Positions 17,992 through 27,762 of a stretch of 53,506 nucleotides of DNA are shown here, piece by piece. The stretch is from Desulfobulbus propionicus (GTDB taxonomy: Bacteria; Desulfobacterota; Dissulfuribacteria; Dissulfuribacterales; DYOW01): contig DYOW01000004.1 of NCBI GenBank assembly GCA_020720325.1, positions 1 to 53,506 on the forward strand, given 5' to 3'. The notes beneath the pieces are model-generated. The model had not been told where the DNA came from. It saw only the letters and a list, made by a program, of their open reading frames with translations, and searched no databases. Positions within the stretch are counted from its first letter, which is position 1, and the number at the start of each line of letters is the position of its first letter. The position numbers were made by a program, and so were the translations under genes.

Positions 17992-19290
17992 ATGTTTCCA
18001 AATGATAATCTAAATCGTGAAAAATTAGAATCCATCCAAAGCCAGAGATTAAAAGAGCTTGTCCGCAGAGTTTATCACCTTGTCCCGTTTTATAAAGAAA
18101 AAATGGATAAAATGGGCATTAAACCCACAGATATCAACCATATCTCCCAGATAAAATATCTCCCATTCACCACCAAGCAGGATTTAAGAGATAATTACCC
18201 TTTTGGCCTATTGACCTGTTCAATGGATAACATCATAAGAATCCATTCTTCATCAGGAACAACGGGAAAACCAACTGTTGTTGCATATACAAAGGAAGAT
18301 ATGGGAATATGGCGCGAGGTGATGGGAAGGGTGTTAAAAATGGCTGATGTGGGACCAGGCGACATTGTGCATAATGTCTATGGCTATGGTCTTTTTACAG
18401 GAGGCCTTGGCTTTCATGACGGAGCAGAGGAAGTTGGAGCCGCTGTTGTGCCTTCAAGCGGTGGATTTACCAAGAGACAACTGCTTCTTATGAAGGATTT
18501 CGGCGCTACAATCATTACCGGCACACCTTCATTTGTCCTGCATCTTGCTGAGGCAGCCAAAGATGAGGGCTATGATATACAAAAAGATTTCCGCTTAAGA
18601 GCTGGCTTTTTTGGCGCAGAACCTGCATCCGCCGGCTTAAAAAAGACCATTGCGGATGTATGGGGAATTGGCTACCATGAAGTGTACGGTCTTTCTGAAA
18701 TTATCGGACCAGGTGTGTCCGCGGGTTGCAGGGAGGGAAGACTCCATGTGTTTGAAGACCATTTTTATCCTGAAATAATTAACACCGATACGGGCGAGGT
18801 TTTGCCAGAGGGAGAAGAAGGCGAGATTGTGTTTACCACCCTCACAAAACAGGCTTTGCCCATTTTAAGATACAGGACAAAGGATATTTCCTCCTTAAAT
18901 TATCTGCCATGCAAATGCGGAAGAACCATTGTCTCAATGGAATCAGTAAAAGGCAGGGCAGATGACATGCTTATTGTTAACGGTGTCAATGTGTTTCCAT
19001 CCCAGGTTGAGCATGTTCTTACAAAGGTTGAGGGCTTAACGCCAAATTATGTCATAGTTGTTGAGAAAAAAGGCGCTCTTGACAAGCTTGAGGTCTGGGT
19101 TGAGGTGGATGAAAGAACATTTGAAGGCGGAATAGGCGCGCTTGAAGTCTTAAAACAAAAACTTGAATCAGAAATGTTAAATGATCTATATATTAATGCA
19201 AAAATAAAACTTGTGGAGCCAAAAACCCTTGAAAGAAGCATGGGTAAGGCAAAAAGAATACTTGATAAAAGGGAAATGGAGGGAAAATGA
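17992..19290 (+). CDS. paaK: Phenylacetate-CoA ligase family (PaaK-like aryl/indoleacetate-CoA ligase)
   Basis: Start moved to the ATG at 17992, because the ORF-track start runs through tRNA-His. RIHSSSGTTGKPT AMP-binding motif and YGLSE/GEIVFTTL motifs. Length 432 aa. Confidence 0.85.
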   Translation: MFPNDNLNREKLESIQSQRLKELVRRVYHLVPFYKEKMDKMGIKPTDINHISQIKYLPFTTKQDLRDNYPFGLLTCSMDNIIRIHSSSGTTGKPTVVAYTKEDMGIWREVMGRVLKMADVGPGDIVHNVYGYGLFTGGLGFHDGAEEVGAAVVPSSGGFTKRQLLLMKDFGATIITGTPSFVLHLAEAAKDEGYDIQKDFRLRAGFFGAEPASAGLKKTIADVWGIGYHEVYGLSEIIGPGVSAGCREGRLHVFEDHFYPEIINTDTGEVLPEGEEGEIVFTTLTKQALPILRYRTKDISSLNYLPCKCGRTIVSMESVKGRADDMLIVNGVNVFPSQVEHVLTKVEGLTPNYVIVVEKKGALDKLEVWVEVDERTFEGGIGALEVLKQKLESEMLNDLYINAKIKLVEPKTLERSMGKAKRILDKREMEGK

Positions 19291-19736
19291 GTCTAAGAAA
19301 TGCTTATGCAGTGAAACAACTTTCAATTTTTCTTGAAAACCGTAAAGGCAGGCTTTTTGCGGTGACAGATACCCTTAAAAATGCAAATGTAAATATTCGC
19401 GCGCTTGCTATGGCAGAATCCGCTGAATTTGGTATATTAAGGCTTGTTGTTGACAATCCTGAAAAGGCAAAGTCCACACTTTCTGCCAATGGTTTTACAG
19501 TAAAAGAACAGGATCTCTTTGCCGTGGAGGTAGAAGATGAGCCAGGAAGCTTTTCAAGGGTTGTTGAGGCGCTTTCAAATGCAGATATAAATATTGATTA
19601 TACCTACGCCTTTGTTGGAAACTCCCATAAGGCTGTGCTTGTTTTCAGAGTTGCTGACGAGCATCTGGAAAAAGCAATGATAGAACTTAAAAATAACGGG
19701 ATTATACTTGTGGAACCCGGATTTTTTTATTCATAA
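19287..19736 (+). CDS. ACT-domain protein (tandem ACT)
   Basis: 149 aa with two bab-aab-like ACT repeats. It overlaps the paaK stop by 4 nt, the usual PaaK partner arrangement in anaerobes. Confidence 0.7.
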   Translation: MSLRNAYAVKQLSIFLENRKGRLFAVTDTLKNANVNIRALAMAESAEFGILRLVVDNPEKAKSTLSANGFTVKEQDLFAVEVEDEPGSFSRVVEALSNADINIDYTYAFVGNSHKAVLVFRVADEHLEKAMIELKNNGIILVEPGFFYS

Positions 19737-19740
19737 TAAG

Positions 19741-21390
19741 ATGAAAACTAAATTTATATTCATAACAGGTGGGGTTTTATCATCCCTTGGCAAGGGACTT
19801 GCCGCTGCGTCCATTGGCGCGCTTCTTGAGGCAAGGGGATTAAAAATAGCCATTCAGAAGCTTGACCCTTATATTAATGTTGACCCCGGAACAATGAATC
19901 CCTTTCAGCACGGAGAGGTATTTGTCACTGATGACGGCGCTGAGACAGACCTTGACCTTGGTCATTACGAAAGATATACAAAGGCTGCCACCTCAAAAAA
20001 AAATAATTATACATCAGGGATGATTTATTATAATGTCATCACCAAAGAAAGAAGGGGAGATTATCTTGGGGGCACTGTCCAGGTTATTCCACATATAACA
20101 GATGAGATAAAAAGCTGTATCTTTCAGCTTGATGGCGAGGTTGATGTCACAATTATTGAAATTGGCGGAACAGTTGGAGATATTGAGGGCTTGCCCTTTC
20201 TTGAGGCAATAAGGCAGATAAGAGGAGATATTGGAAGGGAAAACACTCTTTACCTGCATGTCACTTATGTCCCTTTTATTAAAGCTGCAGGCGAATTAAA
20301 AACCAAACCCACCCAGCACAGCGTCAAGGAATTAAGATCAATAGGCATACAGCCCGATATCCTTCTTTGCAGGACTGAAAAAGACCTATCCCATGAAATA
20401 AAATCAAAATTATCCCTTTTTTGCGATGTTAAAGAAGAATGTGTCATAACAGCAAAAGATGTCAGTTGCATCTATGAAGTTCCAATTGAATTTCACAGGG
20501 AAGCCCTGGACGAGAGGGTGGTGAATCTTCTTCATATGTGGACACGCGCTCCCGTGTTAAGCGAATGGGAAGATTTGATTGAAAGGATAAAACAGCCCCA
20601 GCATGAAGTCACCATAGCAGTGGTTGGGAAATATTCAAATTTTACAGAGTCTTATAAAAGCCTTAATGAGGCTCTTGTTCACGGCGGATTTTCCAACAGC
20701 GCCAAAGTAAATATAAAATTTATAAATTCAGAAAATGTCAGAGGTAAAGAGCTTGAAAAAGAAGTATTAAACTGTGACGGCATTCTTGTGCCTGGAGGTT
20801 TTGGCTCAAGGGGCATTATTGGAAAAATTGAGGCAATAACCATTGCAAGACAGAAAAAAATCCCTTTTTTCGGGATATGTCTTGGAATGCAGCTTGCCGT
20901 TATTGAATTTGCAAGAAATGTCTGCGGTTTTCCACTGGCAGACAGCGCTGAGTTTAATCCCAACACCCCTGATCCTGTTATATATCTTATGCAGGAATGG
21001 TATGACTACAGGACAAACACCGTGCAGATCAGGGATGAGAATTCATTCTTAGGGGGAAGCATGAGGCTTGGCGCATATCCATGCAATCTTGTCAAGGAAA
21101 CCATTTCCCAGGATGCCTATAATGTTTCGGAAGATAACAACACAATTTTTGAGCGACACAGACACAGGTATGAATTTAACATGAAATACCATGAAATACT
21201 TGCAGGCAAAGGAATGGTGTTTTCCGGGATGAGTCCTGATGGAAAATTAATGGAAATTGTGGAATTAAAAGATCATCCGTGGTTTTTGGGATGTCAGTTC
21301 CATCCAGAGTTTAAGTCAAGACCATTAAATCCCCATCCTCTTTTTGTATCTTTTATAAAGGCTGCCTTAGCTAAAAAGAAGGGCGTTTGA
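19741..21390 (+). CDS. pyrG: CTP synthase
   Basis: [19 protein letters not shown] start and a C-terminal GATase domain (GICLGMQ, HRHRYE). Confidence 0.95.
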   Translation: MKTKFIFITGGVLSSLGKGLAAASIGALLEARGLKIAIQKLDPYINVDPGTMNPFQHGEVFVTDDGAETDLDLGHYERYTKAATSKKNNYTSGMIYYNVITKERRGDYLGGTVQVIPHITDEIKSCIFQLDGEVDVTIIEIGGTVGDIEGLPFLEAIRQIRGDIGRENTLYLHVTYVPFIKAAGELKTKPTQHSVKELRSIGIQPDILLCRTEKDLSHEIKSKLSLFCDVKEECVITAKDVSCIYEVPIEFHREALDERVVNLLHMWTRAPVLSEWEDLIERIKQPQHEVTIAVVGKYSNFTESYKSLNEALVHGGFSNSAKVNIKFINSENVRGKELEKEVLNCDGILVPGGFGSRGIIGKIEAITIARQKKIPFFGICLGMQLAVIEFARNVCGFPLADSAEFNPNTPDPVIYLMQEWYDYRTNTVQIRDENSFLGGSMRLGAYPCNLVKETISQDAYNVSEDNNTIFERHRHRYEFNMKYHEILAGKGMVFSGMSPDGKLMEIVELKDHPWFLGCQFHPEFKSRPLNPHPLFVSFIKAALAKKKGV

Positions 21391-21498
21391 TTTTTAAAAA
21401 ATTTTATGACTAATTCCTTAAAATCCTTTCAAAAACTTTAAAAGCTTTGATAAAGCGGAGAATTAATCAAAGATTATCTAAATAATCAGGAGTATTTT

Positions 21499-22290
21499 TT
21501 GTTTATATCCAAGTTTCCAATCCTTATAGCCGGGCCGTGTGTCCTTGAAACACTTGATATATCCCTTGAAATAGCAAAAAAAATCAAGGAAATTGCTGAA
21601 GAAATGGGTTTTGACTATATTTTTAAGGCATCCTTTGACAAGGCTAACAGAACTTCAATAAAATCATACCGCGGACCAGGAATTGAAAAAGGTCTTGATA
21701 TGCTCTCAGATATAAAAACTAAGGCAGGAGTTAAGGTTATATCCGATATCCACACCCCTGATCAGGCTGAAAAAGTAAAAGATGTCCTTGATATCATACA
21801 GATTCCCGCATTTCTTTGCAGGCAGACGGATTTAATCGTTGAAACTGCGAAAACTGGAAAGCCTTTAAATATAAAAAAAGCGCAGTTTATGTCGCCCTGG
21901 GAAATGAAATATCCAGTTGAAAAGGCAAGGGAAGCCGGCGCAAAAGATATTTTTCTTACTGAAAGGGGCACAATGTTCGGGTATAATAATCTTGTAGTGG
22001 ATTTTCGTTCCATTCCCATAATGAAATCCCTTGGATGTCCGGTGATATTCGACGCCACACACAGCGTGCAGTTGCCAGGCGCAGGCGCTGGTTGTTCCGG
22101 TGGAAACCGCGAGTTTGTTCCTTTGCTTGCAAAAGCCGCTTTTTCCGTTGGCGCTGACGGCATTTTTATGGAAGCGCATCCTGACCCTGAAAAGGCGCTT
22201 TGTGACGGTCCAAACAGTATTTTTCTAGATGACGCAGGAGAAATTTTAAAGTCGCTTATGAGGATAAAAAATGCACTTTCCGGAAATTGA
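21499..22290 (+). CDS. kdsA: 3-deoxy-8-phosphooctulonate synthase
   Basis: LIAGPCVLE, FKASFDKANRTS, QIPAFLCRQTDL and DATHSVQLPG motifs. TTG start preceded by AGGAG. Confidence 0.9.
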   Translation: MFISKFPILIAGPCVLETLDISLEIAKKIKEIAEEMGFDYIFKASFDKANRTSIKSYRGPGIEKGLDMLSDIKTKAGVKVISDIHTPDQAEKVKDVLDIIQIPAFLCRQTDLIVETAKTGKPLNIKKAQFMSPWEMKYPVEKAREAGAKDIFLTERGTMFGYNNLVVDFRSIPIMKSLGCPVIFDATHSVQLPGAGAGCSGGNREFVPLLAKAAFSVGADGIFMEAHPDPEKALCDGPNSIFLDDAGEILKSLMRIKNALSGN

Positions 22291-22813
22291 TCCTGTAATA
22301 AGGCAGAAGGCAGAAAAAATTAGGCTTCTTGCCCTTGATGTGGACGGTGTGCTAACTGACGGCAGGATTATATATGATTCAAAAGGGGAACAAATACAGA
22401 AATTTCATGTGCATGACGGACTTGGATTAAAACTGCTGCAAAAAGCAGGGATTCATATAGCAATAATAACATCAAGAAATTCAAAGCCTCTTATTAAAAG
22501 ATGCGAAGAATTAGGCATTAACAGGCTTTATCAGGGTGTTAAGGACAAAAACTCCGTTTTGGAAACATTAAAAGATGAATTATCATTAGAAAATAAAAAT
22601 ATATGTTATGTGGGAGATGACCTTGTTGATCTTCCTGTTTTAATCAGGGCAGAATTGGCAGTGGGTGTTTCTGATTGTCATCCCATGATTTTGCCCTACG
22701 TCCATTATGTCACACGAAAAAAAGGCGGAGAAGGCGCTGTCCGCGAGGTTTGCGATATTATCCTTATAGCAATTGGCAAAAATGAATTAATAATGTCTGA
22801 TTTTTTGAAATGA
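22271..22813 (+). CDS. kdsC: KDO 8-phosphate phosphatase (HAD-IIIA)
   Basis: LALDVDGVLTDGRIIY and YVGDDLVDLP motifs. Located downstream of kdsA. Confidence 0.85.
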   Translation: MHFPEIDPVIRQKAEKIRLLALDVDGVLTDGRIIYDSKGEQIQKFHVHDGLGLKLLQKAGIHIAIITSRNSKPLIKRCEELGINRLYQGVKDKNSVLETLKDELSLENKNICYVGDDLVDLPVLIRAELAVGVSDCHPMILPYVHYVTRKKGGEGAVREVCDIILIAIGKNELIMSDFLK

Positions 22814-23382
22814 TGACTGCTGGAAATATCAATTTCAGGTATTATCATTATATTGGAATTTTTTTCTTGATATTTATTCTTCTTTTGGTGATAATCAGGG
22901 AACAGCTTAAATCTCCTGTAAGATTGAATGATTTTATAGATTTTGAGCTTGATGCCGAGATTTTTATGGAGGATGTAAGTTACGCAGGATACTCAAAGGA
23001 CAGCAAAATCAAATTGGTTGCATCCAGGGCATCTTTAATTAAATCAGACAGAATTGAATTTCGTGAGCTTAAGATTAATATTCCCCAAAATGAACAAAAA
23101 GAGATTATAATAAAGGCAAAAGAAGGGGATTATAACACCACAAGCGAGATTGCAATACTTAAGGGTGATGTTTCAATTAATCTTTCAGATAAAAATTTAA
23201 TGACACCTTTTTTATATTATGAGAAAAAAAAAGATATTGTATGGACGGATAAAGGATTTAAACTATCATCTAATGATTTTGACACAGAAGGAAAGAGTAT
23301 TTTATATAATTTAAAGGATGGAAGGTTATTGCTTAAAGACCAAAAAAGTATAATAAAAGGAGAAAACAGCAACATTGAATAA
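22810..23382 (+). CDS. lptC: LPS export protein LptC-like
   Basis: Single N-terminal TM, ~190 aa, positioned between kdsC and the lptA-like gene. The call rests mainly on synteny. Confidence 0.6.
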   Translation: MMTAGNINFRYYHYIGIFFLIFILLLVIIREQLKSPVRLNDFIDFELDAEIFMEDVSYAGYSKDSKIKLVASRASLIKSDRIEFRELKINIPQNEQKEIIIKAKEGDYNTTSEIAILKGDVSINLSDKNLMTPFLYYEKKKDIVWTDKGFKLSSNDFDTEGKSILYNLKDGRLLLKDQKSIIKGENSNIE

Positions 23383-23956
23383 CTTATTTATAAAATCAAA
23401 ATATCTTAAGATTATATTTGTATTTTTTATTTTTTATATCTTTAATATTTCTCAGGCTTTTTCACAGACTCCTGATGCCACTAAAAATAAGGATAAAGCA
23501 TCGCCAATTCATATAAAAAGTGACATTATGGAGTCCCAAACAACATCCGGTGATACGGTTTTTTCAGGCAATGTTACTGTAAATTATAATGATATTGTCA
23601 TTAATGCTGATAAATTAGAGGTTATTTATCTGAAAGCTGACAACAGTAAAAACGAAAAAAAAGATAAAACTGAAAAAACCGATGAAAAAGACAAAAAAGA
23701 CCCCAAAAAAAATATTGACCGTCTTATAGCCACAGGAAATGTAAAAATAACCCAGAATAAAAAGATTATAACAGGCGCTAAAGCTGTTTATGAAAAAGGC
23801 CCTGAAAAAATCACCATAACAGGTGATGCCCAGGCATGGGATGATAAAAACAGGATTAAGGGAGACACAATCATCTATTATGTAAAGGAAGAAAAAAGTG
23901 TTGTTCAGGGAAAAGGAAAGGAAAAGGTTGAAGCAATTGTATATCCTTCAGAATAA
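23375..23956 (+). CDS. lptA: LPS transport periplasmic protein LptA/OstA-like
   Basis: Signal peptide and OstA-like beta-jellyroll repeats (ADKLEV..., GNVKITQ..., ITGDAQ...). Contains a K/D/E-rich insert. Confidence 0.65.
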   Translation: MNNLFIKSKYLKIIFVFFIFYIFNISQAFSQTPDATKNKDKASPIHIKSDIMESQTTSGDTVFSGNVTVNYNDIVINADKLEVIYLKADNSKNEKKDKTEKTDEKDKKDPKKNIDRLIATGNVKITQNKKIITGAKAVYEKGPEKITITGDAQAWDDKNRIKGDTIIYYVKEEKSVVQGKGKEKVEAIVYPSE

Positions 23957-23987
23957 AAATTAAAAAAATTATCAGGGTTGCTTAATG

Positions 23988-24785
23988 CTAATGGCTTTTT
24001 AATCCGTTATATCTTCCTGTTTCAACCATTTCCTTTAAAACATCTATCCTGTTATCCTTAATTCTTACAAGTGTTTCGCCAATAAGGGCAGCTTTTATCT
24101 TGTTTTCCGCAAGTTTTTTTATGTCATTTGCATCCCTTATCCCGCTTTCACTCACAATGGGAATTTTATCTCCAACTATATCCTTAATCCTGAAAGAAGT
24201 ATTGATATCTATTGAAAAATCTCTTAAATTTCTGTTATTTACACCAATCAATTCACTTTTTGCATTAATAGCTATCTCAAGCTCCTTTTCATCGTGAACC
24301 TCAACAAGGCAATCCATTCCATGTTCCTTAGCATTAATCAAAAGCTCGGAAAGAAGCGTCCTGTCAAGGGCGGCGACTATAAGAAGAATTGCGTCAGCTC
24401 CGCTTAATTTTGATTCATAAATCTGTACGTGGTCAATGATAAAATCCTTTCTTATAACCGGAAGCAATATCCTTGACTTAACATCCTGAAGATAGGACAG
24501 GCTTCCCATGAAAAATTTTGTATCAGTAAGCACAGAAATTGCCCTGGCGCCGCCTTTCAAATAATCCTCAGCAATTTTTATATGGTCAAAATCCTCACAA
24601 ATTATCCCTTTGGAAGGAGATGCCTTTTTAACCTCTGCTATTATGGAGACACCATTATCATCCAAAAGCGAATTAATAAAGCCATATTGTTCAAATGCAA
24701 AATCAATTGGCTTTATGCCATTCTTTTTTAATGCCAAAACCTCTTCTTTTTTATGTTCAAGAATTTTTTGCAATATATCAGACAT
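23988..24785 (-). CDS. trpC: Indole-3-glycerol-phosphate synthase
   Basis: IIAEVKKASPSKG, FIID..QI and NNRNL motifs. Confidence 0.9.
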   Translation of the reverse strand: MSDILQKILEHKKEEVLALKKNGIKPIDFAFEQYGFINSLLDDNGVSIIAEVKKASPSKGIICEDFDHIKIAEDYLKGGARAISVLTDTKFFMGSLSYLQDVKSRILLPVIRKDFIIDHVQIYESKLSGADAILLIVAALDRTLLSELLINAKEHGMDCLVEVHDEKELEIAINAKSELIGVNNRNLRDFSIDINTSFRIKDIVGDKIPIVSESGIRDANDIKKLAENKIKAALIGETLVRIKDNRIDVLKEMVETGRYNGLKSH

Positions 24786-25806
24786 ATTCCTTTGAAAACC
24801 TCACAAGCTCATTAAGTTTTTCCATTGCCCTTCCAGAAAGCATCAAATTATAAGCCTTTTCCACTCCCTCTTTAAGAGAACCTGCTTTTCCGGCAAGATA
24901 AATTGCGGCTCCGGCATTTAAGGCCACAATATCCATCTTCGCCCCTTTTTTACCTGAAAAAATTTCTTTTATTATTATGGCATTATAAGGAGGCTCTCCC
25001 CCTTTTATATCATCTTCAGCACATTTTGCCATTCCAATATCCATTGGATTAATTAACATCTCTTCTATTTTATCACCATCAAAGGCTGCCACATAATTAT
25101 CACCAATCTGGCTAAGCTCATCCATGCCCCCTGCCCCGTACACAACCCATGCCTTTTTTGCCCCAAGCTCCTTTAATGCCTTTGCAAAAGGCAAAACCTT
25201 TTGTTTTTCGTAAACACCAAGAAGAAGGACATTTGCCTCAGCAGGATTTGAAAGAGGGCCTAAAAGATTAAAAATACTCCTTACACCCAGTTCTTTTCTT
25301 ACAGGAGCTGCATATTTCATGGCAGGATGCAATTTTTGCGCAAAAAGAAAACCAATATTAATTTTTTGAATTGCAAGAGCAACCTGCTCCGGTGATAAAT
25401 TTAAGTTAACATCAAGGGCTTCAAGCACATCTGCGCTGCCTGATTTACTTGATACGGAACGGTTTCCATGTTTTGCGACCTTAATTCCTGCCGCCGCAAC
25501 CACAAAGGCGCTTGCAGTGGATATATTAAAGGTCATTGCGCCATCCCCGCCGGTTCCAACAACATCAACAAGAGGTTCGTCTTTTTCAAGAGGAATGAAT
25601 ATTTTTATTGCCTTTTCCCGCATTGACCTGGCTGCCCCGGTTATTTCTTCCGGTGTTTCCCCCTTCATCCTTAATGCCACCAAAAGTCCTGCAATCTGAG
25701 CATTGGTAAGTTCACCGGACATAATAGAATGGAAAACAGAGTAAACCTCATCCCGTCTGAGGTCTTGTTTATTGATTAAGTGATTTAATATATCTTTTAA
25801 ATTCAT
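24778..25806 (-). CDS. trpD: Anthranilate phosphoribosyltransferase
   Basis: VDVVGTGGDG, KHGNRSVSSKSGSADVLEALG-like and LGPLSNPA motifs. Confidence 0.9.
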   Translation of the reverse strand: MNLKDILNHLINKQDLRRDEVYSVFHSIMSGELTNAQIAGLLVALRMKGETPEEITGAARSMREKAIKIFIPLEKDEPLVDVVGTGGDGAMTFNISTASAFVVAAAGIKVAKHGNRSVSSKSGSADVLEALDVNLNLSPEQVALAIQKINIGFLFAQKLHPAMKYAAPVRKELGVRSIFNLLGPLSNPAEANVLLLGVYEKQKVLPFAKALKELGAKKAWVVYGAGGMDELSQIGDNYVAAFDGDKIEEMLINPMDIGMAKCAEDDIKGGEPPYNAIIIKEIFSGKKGAKMDIVALNAGAAIYLAGKAGSLKEGVEKAYNLMLSGRAMEKLNELVRFSKEYV

Positions 25807-25843
25807 TTGGTTAGCCTTAAAATAAAATTTTTAAAAAAATCTG

Positions 25844-26722
25844 TCATGATAATCCTGTTGGCAACTTTTCTTTCTTAATATCGGATTTTAATTCCTGAAT
25901 AAATAATTGCCACATTTCAGGTAATGAAATATGATAAGCCTCATTAAAAGAAGAATCAAAACCCTGTCCACGCTCTATTGCAACAAGTAAATTCTTAAAA
26001 GATTCTTTGTCATATCTATACAAAAAAGCCACAAATAATGAAGACTGCCTGTAAAACATATATGGTTTAAGATTCCAATGATGACCATATCTGGGGGAAA
26101 AAAAATCAAGAAAACCCCCCGCCGTGTCAGGCTCAAAGCATTTGCCGGATAAAATTGCATTTTTTGCTTCTCTTTCAGTGACATTTCCTGCGCCACCGCC
26201 TTTTGAAACATAAGTTGCCAGTCCCTCATTAAACCATGCGGGGAGTGTCATAAATCCATACAAACCTCTTTTCTGAAGAATCATCAGATGGGATAATTCA
26301 TGGGTTAAATAGGGAAAAATATTTTCAGGCTGTTCCATTAAGCATGGAGACATGAAGACACTGTTCCTGTAAGTCACCGCCTTTGCGTTAGCGCCTGTAA
26401 TATTATTAAAACTTTCTGAGGTTTCACATACATATACTTTAATGTCTTTGGTGAATGTTGTGTATTGCTCTTTTTCAACTGTCTGTATCGCAGCGGGAAG
26501 CGCGTCTGCGGTAATCTTTGCAAATTGCCCTGCTCCAGGTTCATACAAAACCCTTTGTTCGTCAGAAAGAGGAGTAAAATGTCCGGTGGATTTGGTGTAA
26601 TGGGCAATAGCCGATATAGTGGAGCATCCGTATAAGGCAAAAAATAAAGATGCAAAGATAATTATTCTGCAAAATGCATGACAAAGCCCTTCTCTTGTTG
26701 GCTCTGAGATTTGTAACGCCAT
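25844..26722 (-). CDS. Lipoprotein with a gluzincin (peptidase MA-like) HExxH...E motif
   Basis: Lipobox LYGC. HELSH followed 21 residues later by WFNEGLATY. Confidence 0.55.
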   Translation of the reverse strand: MALQISEPTREGLCHAFCRIIIFASLFFALYGCSTISAIAHYTKSTGHFTPLSDEQRVLYEPGAGQFAKITADALPAAIQTVEKEQYTTFTKDIKVYVCETSESFNNITGANAKAVTYRNSVFMSPCLMEQPENIFPYLTHELSHLMILQKRGLYGFMTLPAWFNEGLATYVSKGGGAGNVTEREAKNAILSGKCFEPDTAGGFLDFFSPRYGHHWNLKPYMFYRQSSLFVAFLYRYDKESFKNLLVAIERGQGFDSSFNEAYHISLPEMWQLFIQELKSDIKKEKLPTGLS

Positions 26723-26740
26723 ATAATCTATATCAATTTT

Positions 26741-27304
26741 CTAAAATTTCAAAAAATTTCTGAGTAAATCCATACCGCAGGGGGTCATGATGGATTCCGG
26801 ATGGAACTGCACGCCTTCAATGGGTAGTGTTTTATGTCGCAAACCCATAAGTTCGTCTTTCTCAGACCATGCGGTGGCTATAAGGACATCGGGGATTGTT
26901 TCTGTTTCCACAACAAGGGAATGGTATCTCATTGCCTCAAATGGATTGGGTAAACCCTTAAAAACACCTTTTCCGTCATGGCGGATCATTGAGGTTTTTC
27001 CGTGCATTAACCTCCCTGCCCTTATTACTTTTCCACCAAATGCTGCGCCTATGCTCTGGTGTCCGAGACAAACGCCAAGAATTGGTATTTTTCCTGCAAA
27101 ATACTTGATTGCATCAATAGATATTCCAGCCTCATTGGGGGTGCATGGACCGGGTGAAATTATGAGATGAGTTGGTTTTAATTCTTCAATTTCGGCTACA
27201 GTTATCTGATCATTTCTGAAAACCTTTACATCTGCCCCAATCATTCCAAGCTCCTGATAGAGGTTATAGGTAAAAGAATCATAATTATCTATTATTATTA
27301 TCAT
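26741..27304 (-). CDS. trpG: Anthranilate/aminodeoxychorismate synthase component II (glutamine amidotransferase)
   Basis: [21 protein letters not shown] and VQFHPES triad motifs. Confidence 0.9.
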   Translation of the reverse strand: MIIIIDNYDSFTYNLYQELGMIGADVKVFRNDQITVAEIEELKPTHLIISPGPCTPNEAGISIDAIKYFAGKIPILGVCLGHQSIGAAFGGKVIRAGRLMHGKTSMIRHDGKGVFKGLPNPFEAMRYHSLVVETETIPDVLIATAWSEKDELMGLRHKTLPIEGVQFHPESIMTPCGMDLLRNFLKF

Positions 27305-27462
27305 ATTTAAACCATATATATTTTTTTGAGATTTCTGATATTTTAAGCTATTTTTTATATTTTGAAAAGTAAAATATATTTCATACTTCCTCTTGACAAG
27401 TATGTTGATTATTACGATTTTATAATGTATATTCTTTTCTAATAAAATGAGGAAAAAATTAA

Positions 27463-27756
27463 ATGGAATTTATTTCAACAGCTACTGAAAAAGATAATAA
27501 AATAAAACTTTCCCCATCAAATATAAAAAAAACCATCACACAGAGGATTATTTGTGCCAGATGCGGAAATGATACTGTTTTTTTTGAAGTTGCAAGAGAT
27601 GTTACAATTACTACCTTCTATATTCAAAACAATGACGGAAGTTTTTCATTAAAGACTGACGATTCAAAGATTATTGGCGATATTAACCTTTATTGCGGCG
27701 AATGCAACGAAGACCTGTCAAAATTTCACAATAAATTTGTTGAGATGATTTTCTAA
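27463..27756 (+). CDS. Hypothetical zinc-ribbon mini-protein
   Basis: 97 aa with CARCG ... CGECN (two CxxC pairs about 40 residues apart). RBS-like GAGGAAAA upstream. Confidence 0.55.
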   Translation: MEFISTATEKDNKIKLSPSNIKKTITQRIICARCGNDTVFFEVARDVTITTFYIQNNDGSFSLKTDDSKIIGDINLYCGECNEDLSKFHNKFVEMIF

Positions 27757-27762
27757 AATAAA

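Noticed and set aside
19708-19740. Longest-ORF N-terminal extensions of pyrG (19708), hisH (28559), hisF (29317) and nrfH (41513)
   Set aside because: The conserved family N-termini ([30 protein letters not shown], and the TM helix after an RBS-proximal TTG) start downstream. The extensions are AT-rich, low-complexity translations of intergenic DNA.
27393-27426. TTGACA (27393-27398) ... TATAAT (27421-27426) as the promoter of the zinc-ribbon/ATP-grasp pair
   Set aside because: The spacer is 22 nt, too long for a standard sigma70 promoter. A promoter probably exists in this gap, but I cannot place it.
27305-27462. Attenuator leader peptides upstream of trpG, and upstream of hisH (28507-28723)
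   Set aside because: The small ORFs found (for example MKYILLFKI and MSASLKQIFYKFINKP) contain no Trp or His codon runs.
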